NCBI RefSeq assembly: GCF_001194135.2
Contig: NC_068997.1
Location: 54,702,099-54,766,098 of the forward strand
Origin: Octopus bimaculoides
Taxonomy: Eukaryota
Length of the DNA: 64,000 nucleotides
Reading direction: 5' to 3'
The stretch's first letter is position 1. Every line of letters begins with the position of its first letter. A program made the position numbers and the translations under genes. This document shows, one piece after another, positions 25,741 through 38,638 of the stretch. The notes beneath the pieces are model-generated. The model was not told the origin of the DNA. It saw only the letters and a list, made by a program, of their open reading frames with translations, and made no database searches.

Positions 25741-26732
25741 AAAGAGTTTAGTATGATGTTTATAAGAAAAGATATTAAAGTATTAACTAGAAAATATGAC
25801 ACAAGCAAAATTTATGTTTCTTTTCAAATGACTGAGCTGACACAGAAATTGTTATTTAAATTATAGCAATATGACATCTTAATGTCTGTCCATTAATTCT
25901 ACAAGTAAAACCTCTATAATTTTATTTAAAAAAAAAAGAAACCAAAATAATAATTTATACAGCTTACACCTCCCCCCCATTTATTGTTTAAAGCGTACTT
26001 TTCTGTTTTGGTTGAATGTCTTCTCACCATATAGAGTACTGCAGACTTTTCTTAACAACTGAATGTATTGATTGAAATACTGAAGAATCTTAAAGCTTGT
26101 TTTATGATGGCTTGGTGGGAGGCCAAATATTTGACTCGGCTGGAAATAAAACACACGCATAATACGACCAACTGATCACCCATTGAAACCAATACGGATA
26201 TCACGAGAACTAAATATGGAAGTGCACAATGATTTTGGCTGAAAACCAGACCATAAAACAAAGTTCCAATTTCCAATCATGTTCCTGTAATGTACTTTTA
26301 TTTACTGTTTGTCTAATAAAAAAGGCATCTATAGACACTTGTAAGTCACTGTTTAAGACTGTCAATATTATAGCATTTTTCAAGGCCAGTATATCAGTAT
26401 GGTTTATCCCTATAGAAATGCTAAATAATGTTATAACCAGAATGTGTGTGTGTGTCGATAAATAAATGGAGGGAGAGAGAGAGACAGAAAAGACTATGGA
26501 GTATTGTTTACCCATTGGCACTTAGTGTTCAGTCATTATATTCTGTAGGGATGCATTGTTTTTAGGATGTATAGTACCAGAGTGGTACTATACACCCTAT
26601 AGTACCACAGAGTGGTGGTGAATATCTTTGACTCGTTACCAAAATCAGTTCATCAAGCATTTGTATATTGCTGCTGCTCGTGTGTCAATATATGGGCTTG
26701 AGTGTGTGTGTGTGTGTGCATAAATGTATGAA

Positions 26733-26892
26733 CAGGCCTGGTTTTGTGGTTAAGAAGCTTGCTTCCCAACCATGTGCTCAGAGGTTCAGTTTCACTGTGT
26801 GGCAGCACCTTAGGCAAGTACCTTTTATTGTATCCCATGGCTGACCAAATCCTTGTGAATGGATCTGGTAGATAGAAACTGTAAGAAGCTCT
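26733..26892 (+). mobile_element. SINE family B copy
   Basis: gtggttaagaagcttgcttcccaaccatgtg..ggttcagtttcactg..ccttaggcaagt..ccttgtgaatggatctggtagatagaaactg. Confidence 0.7.
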
Positions 26893-28224
26893 TTTCATGT
26901 GTGTGTATGCATGTAACCTTGTCTTGACACCATTGCTATAAGTGAACATTGCTGTCAAACAAGAAATGTTCTTCATTTCTTGTCTTCTAACCACAACAAA
27001 TCCCATCTGATCCCTGCAAGTATGGAAAAGTGAACATAAATTATGATGATGATATATTCAAACTGTCAGTTAAGTGACTGATCTTTCAAATTCTCTAGAA
27101 ATATGTTCAAAATATAAATGAAACCACAATGACACCATATCTTTGTCACTGATTCCTATAGATCATAAACTATTGAGTAAAATCCCCATAAAGACTAGCT
27201 ACAGCATCATACTTTATATATACACTCAGCTATTGCCAGCATTCATAGTGGTTTTATTATCCTATAACAAGGGGATCCTTGGAAAAATGAAAAACTGTTT
27301 GGAACTAGATGTAACTGGCATTCTAAAACTAACAAAAGACGTGAGCTACATTGCTATGGAAAGTGAACTGGCACAATTTCATTGGTTTTTCTAATAATAA
27401 CATAACAATGCAGTTTAGAAGCCTGCAGGAAGAAAAAAATTTACATCACAAACGAAATAATCAGTAATTGATGACAGTGCCAGGGATTTAAAGATGCAAC
27501 ATTTTCTGGATGAAACATAATATTCCATTATAATATTATGAGTTATTAAAGATATATCAAGGACTAGGTGTATCAAATGGCTGATATCATATATAAATTT
27601 TGTTGATGGAGAATATAACATTAAAAATAATTTAAATCACAAACATAAGAAATACAAAGCAAATTTTGCCCAATAATATTTATTAGCGGTACCATGGAAT
27701 TTCCATGGTTATTTTGATAACTAAATATTGGAAGTTTATAGAGAATCATGAAATAGGTAATATCTTTTGAAGTAGTTTTTCCTCTTCTCTTTTGGAGTCT
27801 TTGATTTTTGATATATTGTAAAATCCACAAGAGGAGTACTGAAGGTAAAGAATTAAAAGTGAATCCATTTGAAAGCTCTTTCTTTTGTTATACCATTTTA
27901 CTTTAAGGGTTGTTATTTATGGTTTTACTTTTAAGGCAAGAAGTAAACAGTTTTGATTATGGAATGAAATCGAAGACATAATATATCCTCTGCTGTGGTA
28001 CAATTATGTTTGCAATGCTTTCACAATCTTAATACACTGTACTATATCAGATAATTTTCATATCAGAGAAAGAACATGTGGCTTGATTCGAAATTATAGT
28101 TCTTATTAACAAAGTAATGCTGTTGTCCTGCTGAGCTATGACTTGTAAAAAAAAAAAAAAAACCACCAACACACACATGCACAGATGCATGCATGCATGA
28201 CAGGTTTCGTCCAGTTTCCATCAT

Positions 28225-28425
28225 GTCTGTTTATATGTATGTATATGTGTCTGTATATATTTATGTATATGTATCTATATATGTATCTTTGTATATATGT
28301 ATGTATATGTGTCTATATATATACATGTACATGTCTGTATATATGTATGTATATGTGTCTATATATATATACATGTACATGTCTGTGTATATGTATGTAT
28401 ATGTGTTTATATATATGTATGTGTC
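28225..28425. repeat. TA/TG-rich minisatellite (about 44-bp higher-order unit TATATGTATGTATATGTGTCTATATATATACATGTACATGTCTG)
   Basis: Unit recurs around 28285-28420. Confidence 0.8.
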
Positions 28426-28865
28426 TGTAAACACACACATCTGTGCATTAGTGTGTCTGTGTATTTTTTATTTACATGATGTCACTTGATGGCCAGTGCT
28501 CATTCCCTTACATGTCTCAAACTTAATGGTTCAACTAACAGAGACTGACAGAATAAATACCAGGCTTTAAAAATGAAAGCAAATGAAAATTCGGGTTGAT
28601 TTGATTGACTAAACTTTCCAAGGTGTTGCTCAAGCAGAGCTGCAATCCAGTGTAACAATGTTATCTGGTTTGATGCGGATCTGGAAAAGAAAAGCCTGTC
28701 ATCATACAAAGGTAATGGAGGATAAAAGTTTCTACATTAATATGTTTTGGTAGTTGCAAGGTGTAAGTAATTGAATAGATCCCAGCTGATGCCAGTGCAG
28801 TGTATAACTGGTACTTCCATAACGTAGAACTAAACAGAAATAACAAAGTTAGTTAACAAACTTAC

Positions 28866-29075
28866 TTCTTCCTCGTAATCCTTGTCCACAATAAGGCACT
28901 CGTGGCGGCAACACACAGGCACTCCACGGAGTGACCTCCCAAAGATACTCATCACACCATGGTAAATCAGTGCAATGTTTCGTATCCACCAGCTTCATTG
29001 GACATGGTTTTCCTCCTTCATCCGCTGGTTGTAGGATATATTTCTTCCGAGACTGAGTTGGAGTTGCTTGTCTTG
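28866..29075 (-). CDS. THSD7A: THSD7-like exon F (210 bp, phase 1-1): (A)RQATPTQSRKKYILQPADEGGKPCPMKLVDTKHCTDLPWCDEYLWEVTPWSACVLPPRVPYCGQGLRGR
   Basis: Acceptor ttcttcAG|CAAGA, donor GAA|GTaagt; GGKPCP and WxVxPWSxC..CGQG motifs; not in the ORF track. Confidence 0.93.
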
Positions 29076-30674
29076 CTGAAGAACAAATAGTTAAATAAAT
29101 GGAAGCTGAGACATGAAACCTTTAAAATTTCATAAGAATATTAATATCTTTCAAATAAAACAATTTGTAAACAACATTCACTTCCACTTGAAATGGAAAT
29201 AAATTGTAAATAATATAGTTATTTTTTTATGAAGAAAATATATGTCTGTTGTAATTATATTAAGGAAAGAAAGAGAAAAATAGCCTTCTCATCATGTGTG
29301 TGTGTGTGTTTGTGCCTGTGTCTATGTACATCAAAAATGTATTAAGAGAAGAAAAATCCCTTTAACTATAATAGTAGGTTGTCATAAGAAATGTAATATG
29401 TGAGTGTAAAACTTTAGATTTAAGAATAATCCCATGCTAAAGTGAGGTATAACTAGCTTGTGAACGATGAAGAAAAATAATCAATCAAAAACTGCACTAA
29501 AAATGGAAAAGAAAACAATATAAAGTATTTTATGAGACAGAAATCTCTCATAAAATAGGCGTCGTTCATGGCTCCTGCAAATAAGCATAAACGAAAGTGA
29601 CTTAAAGTGACTTTGCACCACATGGATGTGAAATAGATTACAAATTCAAACAAGATGTAATCTTTGTGTGAAATAATTCTAGGAAAGCAATAAATATATT
29701 TTGAATTTGTAAAAACAAATGCAAAAATGACGATTTCTAAACAGGAAGTTTTATATACATTTTTTTTTTTTTGCTTTGATTTCAATCTGAAGCAAAACTC
29801 TTCCGCTTACATTTTGCCTTCACATAAAATAATATCCAAGCGTATTTATATATTTACTTGGCACTATGATATGAAACAAGGAAAATAAACCAAACAGAAA
29901 AATATCAGATAAGTGTGCTGTTTAAAAGTAAACGAATGGCTTCAAGTTTTCTTAGGTAGAATAATGTGTCAGTAAAAAATAAATAATGTTCTACTTTAGA
30001 TATCAAAGACTTGGAGAATAAAAAACAAAAAAATGTACCAGTTTTTGAGACTGGTTACTGAAAGCAAACCAAAAAAGAATATCAAAATAGTCCTTAAGAT
30101 GCTAGTTGTCAAAATCGGTGAGCGTCAAGATTTGCCATTAAACAGTATTTCTCTTCCAAAATGTAAAACTATTTAGAAAACCTGCTGCATTGTATGGCAG
30201 TATATCATGGTGCAATCAGCTATTTTTCATATGTTACAGACACATAAACACACTCTCTCTTTCTTTTACATACTCATGTGTCTGTACAAATATAGATATA
30301 AATTGTATATATGCAATTTATTACATGTCTATATAAATACAGAAATAGGGTAATGGCTTAATGTGAAGTTACATTAGGTATGTTAAGTTACAGTTAGTTG
30401 TCCTGTTAGAATAGACATAGTTTACTATCCGACTAAAGTTGATACTAAATAAATACCATTATTATAAATCAATATGGTTACCAAAGAGGGAGAGTAGTCA
30501 TAAGATCAGTCAACATCTATACCTTTATACTAAAACCACTCTCTCTCAAATGCAAAACTTATTTATAAATTAACATAACTCAAACATTGATTGCTTTAAT
30601 CAATCATCTATTATTAATTTCAGAGAATAATTCTGGTTAAGTCTACCTTACCAATTCTATGATAGTGGAATTTA

Positions 30675-31510
30675 TTGATGCAGAGGTATTTAAGATTGGT
30701 TGCTTATGGGAACTCCTCTATGCTAATGACATTGTTTCTTAAAGCTGAAACTGTAGTAGAACTAAGAATGAAATTCCAGGTGTGGAAGAAAAACCTGGAA
30801 TTAAAGAGTCTTGAAATTAACTTCACAAAGACCAAAGTTCTAGTTAGCAGGAAAACAGATACCCTTTGGGTGAATGGCCTCATTCTATATGTAGAAAAAG
30901 TGTAGGTGAAAATTCCATACAGTGTACTCAGTGCAAACTATAAACACATTGGTAGAGCAGTGGAATCGAAGGGAGATTAAGCAGATTGTGAAAGAGCAAT
31001 AAAAATGGCACATAGGAAATAAATGCTATGCAATACTAAGGAGGGCTCCCTAGCTAGCATTGGAGAAAGATGCTCCGAAAGTATAATTGCTAAGAACCGG
31101 ATGGAGAAAGTTCAGGGAACTTTTACCTCGGCTGGTAGCAAATGCCTTCCTCATAGTGAAAGACAGATTGTATAAAGCTTATGTATGAACAGGAATGCTG
31201 CATGGTTGTGAAACTCAGGCTGTGAATGCAGAAGACATGTGAAAAATAGAAAGAAATGAAACTAGTATTCACCAATGGATGTGCAATGTCAGTGTGCATA
31301 TATGACAAAGTACAAATATGCTGAGAGAAAAAGTGGGCATAAGGGGCGTCGGATGTTGTATGCAGGAGACCAGATTGTGCTGGTTTGGTCATGTATTGAA
31401 TATAGATGAGGACGATCAATCACTAAACATAGACAGAGTTTTTGTGGTAGAGGAAGGCTCAGGAAGATGTGGGATGAAATGGTGAAGATTGAAGGAGATG
31501 ACAGGTGATA
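30675..31510 (+). mobile_element. RTE-type LINE 3' remnant (RT C-terminus), frameshifted
   Basis: Translated pieces EVFKIGCLWELLYANDI, FQVWKKNLELKSLEINFTKTKVLVSRK, CRKSVGENSIQCTQCK, RWRKFRELLP, MLHGCETQAV, RLCWFGHV and RGRLRKMWDEMVK follow the RTE ORF2 order. Confidence 0.82.
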
Positions 31511-31667
31511 GTATGTGCTTGAGAAGATCCATCCATCTCAGCAGAATTGAGTTTCTATCAAGCCTTCCTCCAAACCTCATCCTTCTAGCTCCCATTCTTC
31601 CATCAGTCTTCTTTGTGACCCTATTTCCTTCCTTCTCTTTCCATCTACTGAACTGATATGCTCTGTA

Positions 31668-31766
31668 AAGTCAACCTTGATGGGATTTGAACTCAGAAAA
31701 TAAAGTTGGATGAAATGCTACTTAGCATTTGCTTGGCATGCTAACCATTCTGCCAGCTCACTGCCT
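31668..31766 (-). mobile_element. SINE family D head
   Basis: aagtcaacctt..gatttgaactcagaa..gatgaaatgctacttagcattt..tgctaaccattctgccagctcactgcc followed by (CAA)n. Confidence 0.7.
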
Positions 31767-32982
31767 TCAACAACAACAACAACAATAATAACAACACACT
31801 ATAGACATGCTTGAACACCTGAAGCCTACTCGTTGTGTCAATTACAGTGTCTTATTCCTATGGTGGTCATGGATTGTCAAGTTTTCACTTAATTTGATAG
31901 TAAATCCTTATTCAGACACAATGATAAAATGTTTCCCTATTCTCACACTTCTTTTGTGACATTCACAACAAGTAATAAGCAATCATGGCTTTTAATGCTC
32001 AAGAACAGGCAGTTAGGAACACAAAAGATTTTTCATATTCAGTGTTTAGTGAGAGAAATTTATCAGCTTTGCCAATTAGCAAGCCATCACTTATTGTGGA
32101 GAACAGCAGCCACACTTGTACATTACTAGGTTAGTAAAAAGTTACCAAGCAAATTGGCTATTCAGGTTGATTTTAAAGGAATCAATTTTCTAAATGTACA
32201 TAGTAATTCTTTGTATGAAAGTGAGCCATAATGGTAATTCAAAAGTGTGGAATTTCTTTCTCTTATTGCAAGAATTTCCGTGTTAGGATTGTTCATCCTA
32301 TTTGATGTTCTGATTGTCTTTTGTACTTCTGTGTTTTGTATATGTCCATGTGTGTGTATCATTGTTTAAAAATATATTTAAAATATGATGAGGTGTGTCA
32401 TTTTTAGATCTATTTTTCCAGAGACCTGAACATAGGCGTGTATATTAGAAATTGATTGCCTAAAAAACAAATTTTTCAATTAGCTTTTTTTATTTTAGTA
32501 TTTGGCAGATAAATAAGGAATAAAAATATAATTTAGATAATGTGCTGCTAAATCTTTGCAATATTTTAAAAAAAGAACCCACTGATTATTTTTTTATATT
32601 TAATCTTGATGTTTAAAGTTTTTCAGTCAACAGAAAATTATTCAATGATTGCAAATTAGCTCCCAAATGACACTTTTTATGAAACTAAATATGATGGCTG
32701 TTGTTAATCATTCTGTTTATCCATACACATTTCTTTAACATCAATTGTGATGTGGTTATTGGTTTTTCACTTTTATTCTCGTTCAAAATAATAATTAATG
32801 AAAGTAGTCTCGAATATGAAGCAAAAATCTGATCAGTGTGATTATCATGAAGGCTGCTAAAGTTTTTAGCACCATTATATCATATTAGATTCAGTAATTG
32901 ACAACATCTTTGTATAACCAAGGTGCATATACAGGCTGTTACTTGCGGTATGAAGTTGAAGAATGAAGAAATGGTAATGATG

Positions 32983-33180
32983 TTATCCAAGGGAAAGGCA
33001 AAGGCTGATACAACTTGGCACCTGTGATGTCGCAACTCATTTCTACAGCTGAGTGAACTGGAGCAACGTGAAATAAAGTGTCTTGCTCAAGAACACAACA
33101 TGCAGCCTGATCTGGGATTTGAACTCACAACCTCGTGACCGTAAGCTCAACGATCTATCCACTGAGCCATGTGCCTTCAC
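32983..33180 (-). mobile_element. tRNA-derived SINE 'family C' 5' part
   Basis: caactcatttctacagctgagtgaactggagcaacgtgaaataaagtgtcttgctcaagaacacaac..gggatttgaactcacaacc..ccactgagccatgtgccttcac; A and B boxes on the minus strand. Confidence 0.8.
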
Positions 33181-33724
33181 TATTATACTGCCCCATTATA
33201 AAGCCCTATTATACTACCACTTGTTACCATTACATTTCATAAGATCAATAGACAGTCTTTTCCATCAAAATCTCAATGCTGTCCTTGATTTACTCTTCAT
33301 CTGAACTAGTTTCTTCTGTACCAGAACTGTTTGATAACTATTTTGTTTTTCTCAGTGTGGGACTCCCAGTTCATCTATGACAGTGTCCCATCAACATTGA
33401 TTATGCTGAATTCATACAATTATCGTATCAATCCAGGAAGCATGGACTCAGTTTTCTTGTAGCTCAATTACTCAGAAATGGTTTATTTTTATTCTCACTG
33501 GAAATAATTTTCAGTAAAAGCAAACAAACTAATGAGAGTCAATTAGAAAATACATTTTGCTATTCATGTGCAAATTATTTCACCTATTTTTCCCAAACAT
33601 TAATGACTTCAGCTGAAATATTTGAAATATTCTTCTCTAAGTCATTGTATATTGGACACCAACTGTCTTTTACTGATGAAAATTGCCTGTAAGATTTGAG
33701 ACATTTAAATGAGGAACATTTTAC

Positions 33725-33761
<37 letters not shown>

Positions 33762-34418
33762 TCTAAATTGAGAAATATAATTAAATTTTTTTTTAAAGAA
33801 GAAACAAAAAAGTCATTTCCTGAAAAAGATTTGTCCTTTTATTATAAACCACATAAAATGGCTTCTAAAAAGATTGGAGATTTTTTACAGGATTTACTTG
33901 AAACTTAAAAACATAACGTAACCTTTAGAGAGTAGCAGAGATATGATATCTTTAGAAAGATAACTAACACATAATATTGTGTGGTTAAAAACTTATCTTT
34001 GAGCTACTGTTGCAATCATTCCTAACCTGAAATCAACATCCTGACTGAAATCCTTCTAAATGTGTAGGGTTTCATCATGTTGTGCATTGAAATATAGATA
34101 AACTCATTATACAATCATATTAGGTTTATGAACTAGAGAATTCTTTAAAGTTTAATAATCAATTCAAGTTAAGTTTTGCAGTAAAAAAAATCCCAGTTAT
34201 AATGTTATTTATATATTGTAAGTGATCAGGTGTCATACAGAGTGAGTAGAATTTTTTTAATTAAAGTCTAATGCAAAAGAAAAGAGTGAAAGAGAAAAAT
34301 TTTTATATTTTCTTTAAATGTAAAACTGGAACCATTACAAAACAGAATAAAACTCTTCTGGGAAAACCATTTCTAGTTCTATGTTCCACATCTTATAAAT
34401 AAAACGATATTTACTTAC

Positions 34419-34534
34419 CTTCTTGACAAGTAGCACTGCAAGGTGACCAGTGAGAATAATCAGTTACTTCACAGTCTCGTGGGCATGGTAACTGGCAAGT
34501 TTGCACTTCATTAGGCTTTAAATTTCTAACACAC
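34419..34534 (-). CDS. THSD7A: THSD7-like exon E (116 bp, phase 2-1): CVRNLKPNEVQTCQLPCPRDCEVTDYSHWSPCSATCQE
   Basis: Acceptor ttcctAG|GTGTG, donor AAG|GTaagt; phases match both neighbours; not in the ORF track. Confidence 0.92.
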
Positions 34535-34607
34535 CTAGGAATAAGATAAACAAATAGTTATAAATACTTTAATGTACTTTTATTTTAAATTATTCCAACT
34601 CAGTCAG

Positions 34608-34901
34608 CATCATCATCATTGTTTAACGTCTGCTTTCCATGTTAGCATGGGTTGGATGATTTGACTGAGGACTGGTGGACTAAATGGCTGCACCAGGCCC
34701 CAATCTGATCTGGCAGAGTTTCTACAGCTGGATGCCCTTCCTAATGCCAACCAATCTGAGAGTGTAGTGGGTGCTTTTACGTGCCACCAGCACGAGGGCC
34801 AGTAAGGCGGTACTGGCAATGGCCATGCTCAAAATGGTGTTTTTTACGTACCACCTGCACAGGAGCCAGTCCGGCAGCACTTGCAACAACTTTGCTCGAA
34901 T
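34608..34901 (+). mobile_element. Family A repeat copy (longest in the window)
   Basis: Shares gtttaacgtctgctttccatg..gcatgggttgga..ttgactgaggact..ggcagagtttctacagctggatgcccttcctaa..gagagtgtagtgggtgcttttacgt with 15494-15667. Confidence 0.85.
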
Positions 34902-36280
34902 CGATTAGGTTTTTTCTTTAAAAAAAATTTCTTTGGTCAGCACTAGACACTTTGCCTAAGTATAAGGCTCTTTGCCAAAGATGACACATATTGGAACTGC
35001 ATCTGATGCCATGTCATTGGAAGCAAACTTGCGAAAAACATAGCTAAGCCAGTGATTTTGGTATCTTGATGATTTTTAAAATCCACATCTGAGATTAAAA
35101 AGGTTGCAGTTATTTTAAATGTCATAACATTCTTTGTTTTTCATGTTTCATCACTGATTTATTGATATAAAATATTCCAGATCGATTCTTCTCTGCATTT
35201 TTGTCAAGAGTTTCAAATTGAAATTTTTTTGATATTCTAAAAATTTGTCTTCTTAACCCTTTCATATTCTTTCTTACTTTCATTAAACTTGTTGGCAAGG
35301 AAGTGGAGCAACCGATGGTGAAATGTGTCAAGTTCACCCTCGAAAGACCTTGCAGATTTCAACCCATCCCTAGGCATTGTACTTAAACACAGACATAGGC
35401 CAGGACGGTCTTTACATACCAGGGGCAAGTGAACGGAATAGGTATTAGTCATGCTGGAGTCAGTTGCATGGACTGTTCTTCCATGACTTGGTACCAATGT
35501 GAGTTGCAGTGGTGCAAAAATATATCATATGGTGCAATATTTGGCATATCAATAACACCCAACATGTCAGTAAGTGCTCAGTTCACTTTGATGATAATGA
35601 AGGGAAAAGGCTAATTATTACAACATGATATCATATTGCTCATATCAGGGCTTTTATCTGTAACCCTCAACCCTATTCTTGTTTATTGTTCTGAGAAATA
35701 AATGGTATGATTCAAACTAGATTCTTTACAGAGGCATAGAATTCATGTTCATAACTATTTGTCTTTCCTCCTGGGTTGAATAAAATCAATTCAGCTCCAC
35801 CTGACTAATGGAAGATGGTTGGCTGGTGCGATGGATGGTTTCTGAGGTTTGTGTGTGAGTGTAAGCATGCATGATTACACACATTACAAAAAAAAAACAA
35901 TTTTTCATGTCATATTCATTTGTTTTACATCTATTTTTTTTTTTTAGTAGGCTGGCAATTTTTCATGGATCGATGACCATGGATCCCATTCGCTATATCA
36001 TATTAGCTTCTCAGTTCCTTCTTAACATCAGTAGCCATGACAGCATAGTCTGGCTTTACTTATCTTAATAAAACAGAAAATGAAGCTTTATTATAGACTT
36101 CATATTGTTTTGCACTGCATTATCCCATGGCTGAGAGGGATTAAAAGGAGCAGAACTAACAATAACATAAGTATAATCTAAAATGATAGGTAAGGTACCC
36201 AAGTGTGAACGTTTGAAAATTGACTCCATGGATTTCAACCATAAAACCGTATGTTGTGTGGTATCTATGCACAATTAAGC

Positions 36281-36306
36281 ACACACACATACATATATAC
36301 TCATAC

Positions 36307-36388
<82 letters not shown>

Positions 36389-36580
36389 CATACATACATA
36401 TAAATATATGGACTCACATACACACACATGCATGCACATACATACATGCATATAAACACACACACACACACACATATACTTATATATATGCACACACATA
36501 CATGCATATAAATACACACACATATCAAATGGAATATTACATATGATAAATCCTATATCATATATATGTATATATATGTG
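36281..36580. repeat. Compound (CA)n/(TA)n repeat tract
   Basis: Directly visible. Confidence 0.93.
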
Positions 36581-38444
36581 AAACACGAAGCTTCACATTA
36601 CTTAGTATTTTCATAGGTGCACAAGCCACTCATATTTTTTGGCAGTTGTATGCATGCGTGTGTGTGTGTGTGTGTACATATCTGGTATTACCACACAGAA
36701 TGCAATGCAGGCAAGTAAGAATATTGTCGGTATCAGTATATAGAAAGGGTATGGCATGTATATTTCAGCAATTCCTTGTTTTATTAAACCTCCAACCCAC
36801 ACACCCACGCACACATTATTCACCATAATACAATTATGATAATCAAAATACATTTATTCAGAATATCTTTTTCTCCTTTCTTAGATGGTCGTATGCACTG
36901 AAATATTCAGTAGTTTCACAATGGTTTCTGGCAAACAGTAAAGTGAACAAATATCCTTACTCATGTAATGGAATGATGATTGAATTCCTGTGCATCTTTT
37001 CATACATCACTTAAAGACACGTATGCAAAGATAAATAAGAAACTGCTATTTAACTGCCCTGGAAGATAACATATTGCAAGTTTCCTGCAGAAATATCTGG
37101 TACTCATTCGATTTATATGTTCATAACATTTTAATTCTATCTTCTGGCTTTTGGGCATCAATAAAAGCCAAGAGGAAAACAATGTTTAACAAAAGAACGA
37201 TATAAATGAAAGACTAACAGGAATGAGATTTTTGCAATGAGTTCTATAGAAAAAGTGAACAAAATTGATGCCGTCACAGATGTTTGTTTGGTGTGTTTGA
37301 GATTTTAAAATTCTCATGATACTATTTTGTCGTCTTTGTTTCACTTTGAAAATTGTGTCCTGGTTTTAGTGTCTTATAATTCAATATTATTTTTGTGGAA
37401 GCAGAAAACAGTCTGATAAGACAAGGACGTAGCTCTATTTGGTAAATGCTAAAGATTACTTTAAGATATTAGTGAGAAAGAACAAAAGATGGTTGAGAGA
37501 ATGGGTGTTGTGTGTTTGAGAGAGAAAGAGAGAAAAGAACACACACATTCACAAAGATGGCTTTGCAGACTTAGAATATTTATCAATTTTTGCATGACCT
37601 TAGTATGGCTTCCTTGAGATTGCAATTTCCATATTCTGGACAAAAATAAAGTTAACTGATAATTGTATTAGCTTTGACTGAAAGATATGATTGGATGACA
37701 ACAAAAAGTAAATATACAGAAACAATCAAATAAAAGAATATTAAAAAACACATATGAATGGATGAAGTTCATTCATATATAAAAGCAAAAGTGATTATCA
37801 AATTATTATTATTATTATTTAATTACAGTAGTCCTAGATTTCTGACCACATGCATCAGGAATATATCTGAAGCCACTTTTGATCTAATCATTTTCTGCTT
37901 GCTTTTACTTAATTAGATTATGTAAATCTCTAGTTAATTAGCTATCAATACATTTAATGAGCAGGGCATTAGAAATGCTTAAGTCACATAAAATATGCAG
38001 TGAGAGAAAAAATATGACATTTTATTGTTTAATTATTTTTCTTTCTTCAGACCATCAGCTTTATTTTGGTCTTGTCAGCAAAGTTTAGCTTCATTGTAAA
38101 TTTGTTACAATGAACCTATACCAAGAACTGTTCCTCTTTTACATTGATAAACATATAAACTGTTAAACTGTTATGAACATATTAGAAACCATGGCTTGAG
38201 CTCTAATTACCACATGCAGGATTATGATCAGGCCTGGTTTTATTCAAATTTGCTCAGTGAGAGGGCTCTGTGCACTCTCTGGACTTGTAATAAAACATTA
38301 AAACTTTCATATGCACTTTCAATTTTTGGCTGGGACTGGTATACTACACAAAACAAGGTATCAATCTCCAGATTTTGCAAAGTAGAAGACCCCACTGACA
38401 ATTCTCTAATTGGGCTCCACACTTCCTAATGCTGGCCCTGATTA

Positions 38445-38600
38445 TGGCATGAGTATGTGGTCAAGATGTTCAATTTGAAACCACATGGTTAAGGGTTCCA
38501 ACTAACAGAATGGGACCTTGAGAAAATGTCTTCTGTTGGAACCTTGAGCTGACTAATGTTTTGAGAGTAGAATTAGATAGAAACTGTATGGAAGCCCATC

Positions 38601-38602
<2 letters not shown>
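38445..38602 (+). mobile_element. SINE family B copy, degraded
   Basis: gtggtcaagatgt..aaccacatggtt..ggttcca..ggaccttgagaaaatgtcttct..gatagaaactgtatggaagcccatc followed by (TG)n. Confidence 0.55.

Positions 38603-38638
<36 letters not shown>

Noticed and set aside
35237-35560. ORF MVPSHGRTVHATDSSMTNTYSVH... as a possible Tc/pogo-type transposase piece
   Set aside because: Resemblance too weak to call without a profile search
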